A stretch of 64,000 nucleotides of DNA, taken from positions 3,008 through 67,007 of the forward strand of contig JAGBLF010000026.1 of NCBI GenBank assembly GCA_017635595.1, in the 5' to 3' direction. This DNA comes from Alphaproteobacteria bacterium. Its GTDB lineage: Bacteria; Pseudomonadota; Alphaproteobacteria; RF32; CAG-239. The notes under the pieces were generated by a model that did no database searches, was not told where the DNA came from, and saw only the letters and a list, made by a program, of their open reading frames with translations. Each line of letters starts with the position of its first letter. Within the stretch, counting starts at the first letter, position 1. Shown one piece after another: positions 59,601 through 64,000 of the stretch. The position numbers and the translations under genes were made by a program.

Positions 59601-60981
59601 AGCTTATCTGTCGTCAGACGGTTCAAATCAGTTGATTGCCGACGGCGGTGCCGTTAGTTTGGTTAATAACGAAACCGGCGATATAACTTTATCGAAATTA
59701 ACCTTAAACAAAACACTGGAAACAGCATTGGATGTCGATTTTGTTAATCTTGAAGCAGACCGTTTTGTATTTGCCGACAGCTCCGACTTAGAGACAAATA
59801 ACAACTCTGTTACCATTTCGAAAATGAATTTACTGAATTCGGATGTTATTCTTTCGGCTCCGAAATATGCCGTTCCGTTTGTGGGTGCGGAATATAACAG
59901 TGAAGATTTGATAAACAGTGTTGTTTTGAATGTTGATACCGATACGCTCGTATCACCTATTTTCAACTATCAATTAGGTTATCAAAAAGACGAAAACACC
60001 GGAAGTATTGTTTTAAGCCGCGGTCCGGCTTCGGATTACAAGAGCTACAATTCTTCCGTTTTAGCCGCACCTGTTGCCGCTCAAACCGGTAATTATTTAG
60101 CGCAATTAAGCATTTACGATAAAGTTTTCGGCGGCATAGATACTCTGATGCTACCTGTTAAGCAAAACAATGCCGCACGCGGAATTTCTTCAGGAGACAG
60201 ACCGATATCCTTCAACATCGGCACGGTTTGGTTTAACCCGTCATACACGCATGAAAGGGTTGATTTAAAGAAAGGTCCGAATGTTAAAAACAAAATGTAC
60301 AATGCATTGGCCGGTCGTGATTCCGGTATTCTTTCCGCCAACGGTTGGAACTATCAATATTCGGTTTATGCCGGATACGACGGTTCGCAGCAACGTTATA
60401 GCGGTAATTCGATACACCAAAACGGCGGTATTGTCGGTGTAACCGGTGCCTGGTACAAAAATAATTTCTTTACAGCCTTAACGGCCGATGCCGGTATGAG
60501 TTTTGCCAAAGCACGCACTATGTACGGCAGTGAAAAATTCAAAACCGTCAATGCCGGTATTGCCTCTAAGAGCGGATATAACTGGTTGTTTGCGGACGGC
60601 AGATTTATCATTCAGCCGAATTACACGATGAGCTACACCTACGTTAAAACGCTGAAGTACAAAAACGCCGGCGGCGTTCATATTAAGCCGGATCCGTTGC
60701 ACGCCATCAACATCGCACCGGGTATTAAAACCGTTTATAACTTTGCCAACGGTTTCAAGCCTTATGCTCAGGCATCTATGGTTTGGAATTTAATGGATAA
60801 AACCAAGTTTAAGGCTCAAGATGTTAAAATGCCGGAAATGAGTGTTAAACCTTATGTTAAATATGGTTTAGGTTTGCAAAAAGACTGGTGCACAAAAGTT
60901 TCGGCCTTTGGTGAAGTTATGCGCCTTGACGGCGGTCGAGAAGGTTTTGATTTCTCAGCCGGCTTCAAATGGACATTCTGA
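56659..60981 (+). CDS. Autotransporter with zincin (HExxH) passenger
   Basis: GGAG RBS and signal peptide ...CYANTSYA. HEIMH at 57190-57204. Long beta-helix-like Gly/Asn/Asp-rich passenger. C-terminal barrel ending FSAGFKWTF. Confidence 0.9.
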   Translation: MKNDLIALTALSLCYANTSYAVDNYLINGDNFSYSYDVYQAGEAFVLGDESKISTFNIPNSYLSPLFTASKSWASVINSPANVNPVTYALLSENEYNASAGSLYVDVEGKPYRVTMVNAAINGLKPTGPKEILEASSVDGFVFLGLGVEEDQPGWEPYSGLHSLYHGKLPDLHVVMLHEIMHSLGISSAASQVNEDQGDEAYYFTEKGGNLSVFDKDLRIYTGKTSAVFNPALEIKAKPYMSIGEGEDFDVMTYAPYYVGDNTLKVLSGKADYNDAKQAIIDNGGLTNYSISYGTPLSPYPQVFGLPIHNADDDEIDLSHIELRNSFMSHQNYRNWMVPMEAELAVLKDIGYDIDLRKYFGKSYYLNDITDTFTTGYSEWNGSAYTGAFSNVAQGVGLHIYGDRNNITQDSDIATSGEGAIGARIDGVKNKYTLADGNSIQTSGKENLGIAVTWGQDHIINVEQNTSVIANGENGKAVSFDFGANLFGSLDTAKGSYINYDSDFGYNKTPGAETSSALVDTFNVAGILQGSKAAIYISDNAHVRNINIHAGAQITGDIISEWNSVQSGQKAKVQRYNGSYWVPVNPYDESQIYYTNINVYSAFNGVINGNIVGDSEVYNTLKLNNLGNLTIAGDTIDVAALDNSGVLNVYDADLTVQSGEITGGGTLNVNQKLAVDSDLATIDNTVNLATASLFSAMNGGVQNIEFYKLNADDAKISFDVGDTFLLANASSADTASIAQLKTDEEIAVQLRDGTQIELFASDNTLDLGTSSANIYYGGNKYTLTQNTSNMRMLDINLTATDVELGDAVADETASNYIVTEAKLNKDAGTVHGDDFEISGDSIDVNGHKGLVIDGLLNANGTKLKTDIFGASDSDLTLVNGGKLLVDAAQKSITLGQKGENALQINNGEAILYAENDDIYVGGDVKGTDNQTDTLTLTGGNIALNNVQNVKIDINNANTHLNGMSVNGIWQADNGVLTVKKEAYLSSDGSNQLIADGGAVSLVNNETGDITLSKLTLNKTLETALDVDFVNLEADRFVFADSSDLETNNNSVTISKMNLLNSDVILSAPKYAVPFVGAEYNSEDLINSVVLNVDTDTLVSPIFNYQLGYQKDENTGSIVLSRGPASDYKSYNSSVLAAPVAAQTGNYLAQLSIYDKVFGGIDTLMLPVKQNNAARGISSGDRPISFNIGTVWFNPSYTHERVDLKKGPNVKNKMYNALAGRDSGILSANGWNYQYSVYAGYDGSQQRYSGNSIHQNGGIVGVTGAWYKNNFFTALTADAGMSFAKARTMYGSEKFKTVNAGIASKSGYNWLFADGRFIIQPNYTMSYTYVKTLKYKNAGGVHIKPDPLHAINIAPGIKTVYNFANGFKPYAQASMVWNLMDKTKFKAQDVKMPEMSVKPYVKYGLGLQKDWCTKVSAFGEVMRLDGGREGFDFSAGFKWTF

Positions 60982-61039
60982 TAATAACTCCAACATCGGT
61001 TATTCATAAATCATGGTAAACCGGTGTCAGATATAAAAA

Positions 61040-61074
61040 AACATTGCTTACCCTATCGTAGGCAATGTTTTTTT
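61040..61074. terminator. Bidirectional terminator between the autotransporter and the 650-aa gene
   Basis: aacattgc (61040-61047) / gcaatgtt (61062-61069), flanked by an A-run and a T-run. Confidence 0.65.
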
Positions 61075-61194
61075 GTTTATGTTAACCTCTGTCGGAAGTT
61101 GTATACCATGGCATTTTTCAAAAACCAAGCTGTGTTTTTTAGAATGTATCAGATTATGCCATAAAATCAAATGAGGTATAAGGATGACAAAATC

Positions 61195-63147
61195 TTACAT
61201 TTCCATTCCGCCTCTTCTTTGAGGTATAAAGTTTTTATAGCCGGAAGAATTATTATTGCTTACCGGTGTTTGTGCCTGAGCTTGAGCCTGGGTCTGAGTC
61301 TTTGTCTTTGTTTTTGTTTGATAATAATGAGCAACCTCACGCTCTGCATTGTGCGCTGCGTTTGAATCACGTTTCATACGTGATTTCATGCCATCTTTGT
61401 CTTTATTGTTATTTTGTGTTGACGGCTGTGCATTGTCCAAAGAAACTTCTTTTTCAATTGTATTTTTAACCGCTTCAGTTTGTTTTTCTGCATTAAAGAA
61501 GTTTGGCATATTTTTCAGTATGGTCAATAAATTGTTCTCTTCCAACCATTTGTCATATCCTTCCGGTTGCGCAATCATTACCGGCATAGGCTTACGGATA
61601 ACATCTTTACGCAAATCCAATATCTCCTTTTCCATAACCGGAGAAACGCGGGAACCATTCTCATCTTTATAGTCGCGAAACTCTCCGTGATATATCGGAT
61701 TTATAACTTCATTTTTAACCTCGGCTTTTTCTTCTTTTTTGAACAGGCTTAAAAACTTGTTTTTCAATCCGCTGACTTTTTCGCTAAAAGGTTTATCAAT
61801 CCATTTTTCAGCTTTATCTTTTTTATCAGCCACCCAGTTTTTCGCTTTTTGCCACCAACTGTTGTGTGTATCAATAGTTTGCTTAATATTTTTTAACTGA
61901 GTTGTTACCATATTTTGATTATATATAGGTAATTTATCCTCCGGATTTAGAACATTGATTATGGATATTCTTTCTTTTTTGCCTGTTTTGTTATCAGTAA
62001 TATCAAAAGTAAGCAGATTATCTAATTCTTTTTTATAAGTCGTGCCATCGGATTTCGGGAACTTTCCGTTTTTTTCATAACACTCGCGTGCTGCTGTTTT
62101 AAGAGCAATCAGTACCGCAGCGTTATCGTCAGCAGATGAATTATGGCTGATAGATTGATTATAGTCTTCCTTAAACTGCGGATTTTGCATTATATCTTGA
62201 AAACTGCCTGCTTTAGAAGCATAATCACTTTCGTTAACCTTTGATATAAAGTCTGTAACCGTTAAATGGTGCTCTAACAGCTTTCCGTATTCTTCCAAAC
62301 TCATACCATCTTTATAAACAGGAAGCCCGTATTTTTGCGTTATTTCTGCATTTGTATATTCTGTAAGACTTTCGTAGGAATCACTCCCGGCGGCTTTGTT
62401 AAATCTTTCTGCCTCTTTTTCAGAATACAGTTTTGCCAATCCGTCTTTTGGTATTTCCACATCCTGTTGCATATATTGCGAAAAATCTATGCCGCCGATA
62501 GTATAGCAATTCTTTACCGCATTAGCATAGTTTTGGTCGTAGAATTGTGCATATTTTCCTTCTGCATCATTAAACTTTGTAGAATCGTATAGTTTTGCAG
62601 CGCCGAAATTTTGCTCAATGTATTGTTCCGAATATTTTTCCATCCACATTTTTTGAGTGCCGTTGACCAGAAACGCCATTTCTTTGGTAAATTCAGCCGG
62701 GTCGTCACTATTCGGTTCTATTACACCGTTTTTAATTGCTTCACCGTAGAAGGAAAAGTGCCCGTCATTTTCTCTTTCAAAAATAGAAATATCCCCGGTT
62801 TTCAGATATTGATCACGCAAATAAACCAAAGAAGCTAAATTTGCAGAGATTTCATCGTGCATATTAATCTTATAGATTTGTTCCTCGCTCATAGGATAGG
62901 CATAAACTCCTCGGTCATTATTATCATTATGTTTTACCTCATGCTCTATCACCAGAGCTGAATTTGCCCAATTATTAAACTCATCTTCCCCTTTAACATG
63001 ATTTATGGTTACGGCACCCCATCCGGAACTGGCACCGACACTTGTGGACTCTTCGAGAGTGTCATATTGAACATTCACCACACGATTTTCATATTCTTTT
63101 GCGGCGGCTTCCATTGCTGCTTTTTGCTCTTCTGTTAATTCAACCAT
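61195..63147 (-). CDS. Leaderless 650-aa protein with N-terminal HExxH motif (effector-like)
   Basis: No signal peptide. HEVKH is encoded at 62929-62943. (KT)3(QT)2(QA)3 tract near the C-terminus. Tail ends QRRGGMEM. Confidence 0.8.
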   Translation of the reverse strand: MVELTEEQKAAMEAAAKEYENRVVNVQYDTLEESTSVGASSGWGAVTINHVKGEDEFNNWANSALVIEHEVKHNDNNDRGVYAYPMSEEQIYKINMHDEISANLASLVYLRDQYLKTGDISIFERENDGHFSFYGEAIKNGVIEPNSDDPAEFTKEMAFLVNGTQKMWMEKYSEQYIEQNFGAAKLYDSTKFNDAEGKYAQFYDQNYANAVKNCYTIGGIDFSQYMQQDVEIPKDGLAKLYSEKEAERFNKAAGSDSYESLTEYTNAEITQKYGLPVYKDGMSLEEYGKLLEHHLTVTDFISKVNESDYASKAGSFQDIMQNPQFKEDYNQSISHNSSADDNAAVLIALKTAARECYEKNGKFPKSDGTTYKKELDNLLTFDITDNKTGKKERISIINVLNPEDKLPIYNQNMVTTQLKNIKQTIDTHNSWWQKAKNWVADKKDKAEKWIDKPFSEKVSGLKNKFLSLFKKEEKAEVKNEVINPIYHGEFRDYKDENGSRVSPVMEKEILDLRKDVIRKPMPVMIAQPEGYDKWLEENNLLTILKNMPNFFNAEKQTEAVKNTIEKEVSLDNAQPSTQNNNKDKDGMKSRMKRDSNAAHNAEREVAHYYQTKTKTKTQTQAQAQAQTPVSNNNSSGYKNFIPQRRGGMEM

Positions 63148-63357
63148 ATTATATCTCCGGACTCACTTTCGTCTATTCTACCACAGGATATTTATTTTGG
63201 CAAATATTTTATGCTCTTTTGCTGAGGGGTAATGATTAACGAATATTAGGACATATGCATGATAACGAAAGTATATTAATTTAAAAAAAATTTATTGAAA
63301 GTCTTAAATAACATCTATCAGATTTTGACATGGCTTACTTGATTCGAGCATTATTAT

Positions 63358-63921
63358 GTGTTAGCTCTTTTTTCAAGTAAAGATTATATCATCAAGTTCC
63401 ACGCTCGCGGTGGGGCCTATATCGTGCTTGACACTGAAACAAAAGACCTTATTGATAAGCAGTTTATCGGCAGCGTTTGGGAAGGTTTTCCGATTTGGTC
63501 GCATAACGCTCTGCGGCTGTTTACCTATGCCGTCGGATTTCATTCAGGAACAATTAAAGATGATGAAAAAATTATCTTCAACACCGATGATTCCAAGCTA
63601 TTTGACCGCGTCGCCAAAGCCAATCGTGAAGTATATTTTAAGCCATACATCGTCAATGATACTGCAATGCCGGCACAATTACTTTTGATGTATATAAGAC
63701 TAATCAAAAACGCCGATAATTATTTATCCGAATCGCAGTTGGCAGCCTTAAAATCTGCCGTATCCGAAAATGTTAAATCAGGTAAGGCCGAGCGAGCCAA
63801 TGTTAAAGGTGTAAACGTGTCAGGATTAGGCTCTACAACCGGTAAAACCAAAGACGGTAAAGAAGTTTATACGGTCTTTATGGGAGAGTTTGAAGTAAAC
63901 AGCAAAAGTTATGCGTCTTGA
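63358..63921 (+). CDS. Hypothetical protein, possibly a chimera ending in autotransporter-derived sequence
   Basis: 187-aa ORF with a GTG start and no clear RBS. Its last ~30 codons look derived from an autotransporter barrel (GLG..K.....V..F.GE). Confidence 0.4.
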   Translation: MLALFSSKDYIIKFHARGGAYIVLDTETKDLIDKQFIGSVWEGFPIWSHNALRLFTYAVGFHSGTIKDDEKIIFNTDDSKLFDRVAKANREVYFKPYIVNDTAMPAQLLLMYIRLIKNADNYLSESQLAALKSAVSENVKSGKAERANVKGVNVSGLGSTTGKTKDGKEVYTVFMGEFEVNSKSYAS

Positions 63922-63973
63922 CGGCGGTCGGGAGGGCTTTGATTTCTCAGCCGGTTTAAGATGGACATTCTAA
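63906..63973 (+). pseudogene. Remnant of an autotransporter C-terminus (last ~21 codons plus stop)
   Basis: About 86 percent nucleotide identity to 60914-60981. Translates in another frame as VMRLDGGREGFDFSAGLRWTF*, versus VMRLDGGREGFDFSAGFKWTF* in the intact gene. Confidence 0.6.
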
Positions 63974-64000
63974 CTTAAAACAAAATCCGGTCTGATAAAA

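Overview
The window is a moderately AT-rich chromosomal segment whose core genes and synteny look alphaproteobacterial. Core content includes tolQ-tolR-tolA, yajC-secD-secF, an NlpD-like peptidase, sufB-(mazG-like)-sufC-sufD, terC, galE, dnaB, ycgN, ygjP, fpg-rpsT-dnaA-dnaN-recF, eno, a dCMP deaminase, a NarL/LuxR response regulator, rlmN, an IalB-like protein, cca and a ROK kinase. These core genes use AAA/GAA/TTA/CCG codons and have clear Shine-Dalgarno sites.

Three compositionally foreign islets sit inside this backbone. They are visibly more G+C-rich, use different codons and lack SD sites.
(a) 7384-8786: two genes carrying three copies of one unrecognised ~125-aa domain.
(b) 19132-23067: a 1311-aa lipoprotein with four ~180-aa repeats and a Bacteroidota-style acidic stretch after the lipidated Cys.
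(c) 50910-53203: a small lipoprotein of the same style plus a 562-aa beta-barrel.
Islets (b) and (c) share a 22-nt upstream box. My best candidate for an undescribed system is a dispersed Bacteroidota-type surface lipoprotein/barrel module in an alphaproteobacterial chromosome.

The right third (45-64 kb) is an accessory archipelago. It holds a 1450-aa leaderless protein with a hydrophobic core, a 650-aa leaderless HExxH protein with a similar RGGM C-terminal tail, a MORN-like/pilin-like fusion, a zincin autotransporter and a decayed autotransporter C-terminus.

Other items are a REP-like palindromic element cluster with two tandem expansions (1823-2380) and a ~200-nt structured RNA candidate with a terminator in front of the suf operon. 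No rRNA, tRNA, CRISPR array, integrase or transposase was recognised. All family calls come from motif recognition by eye; no database search was run.
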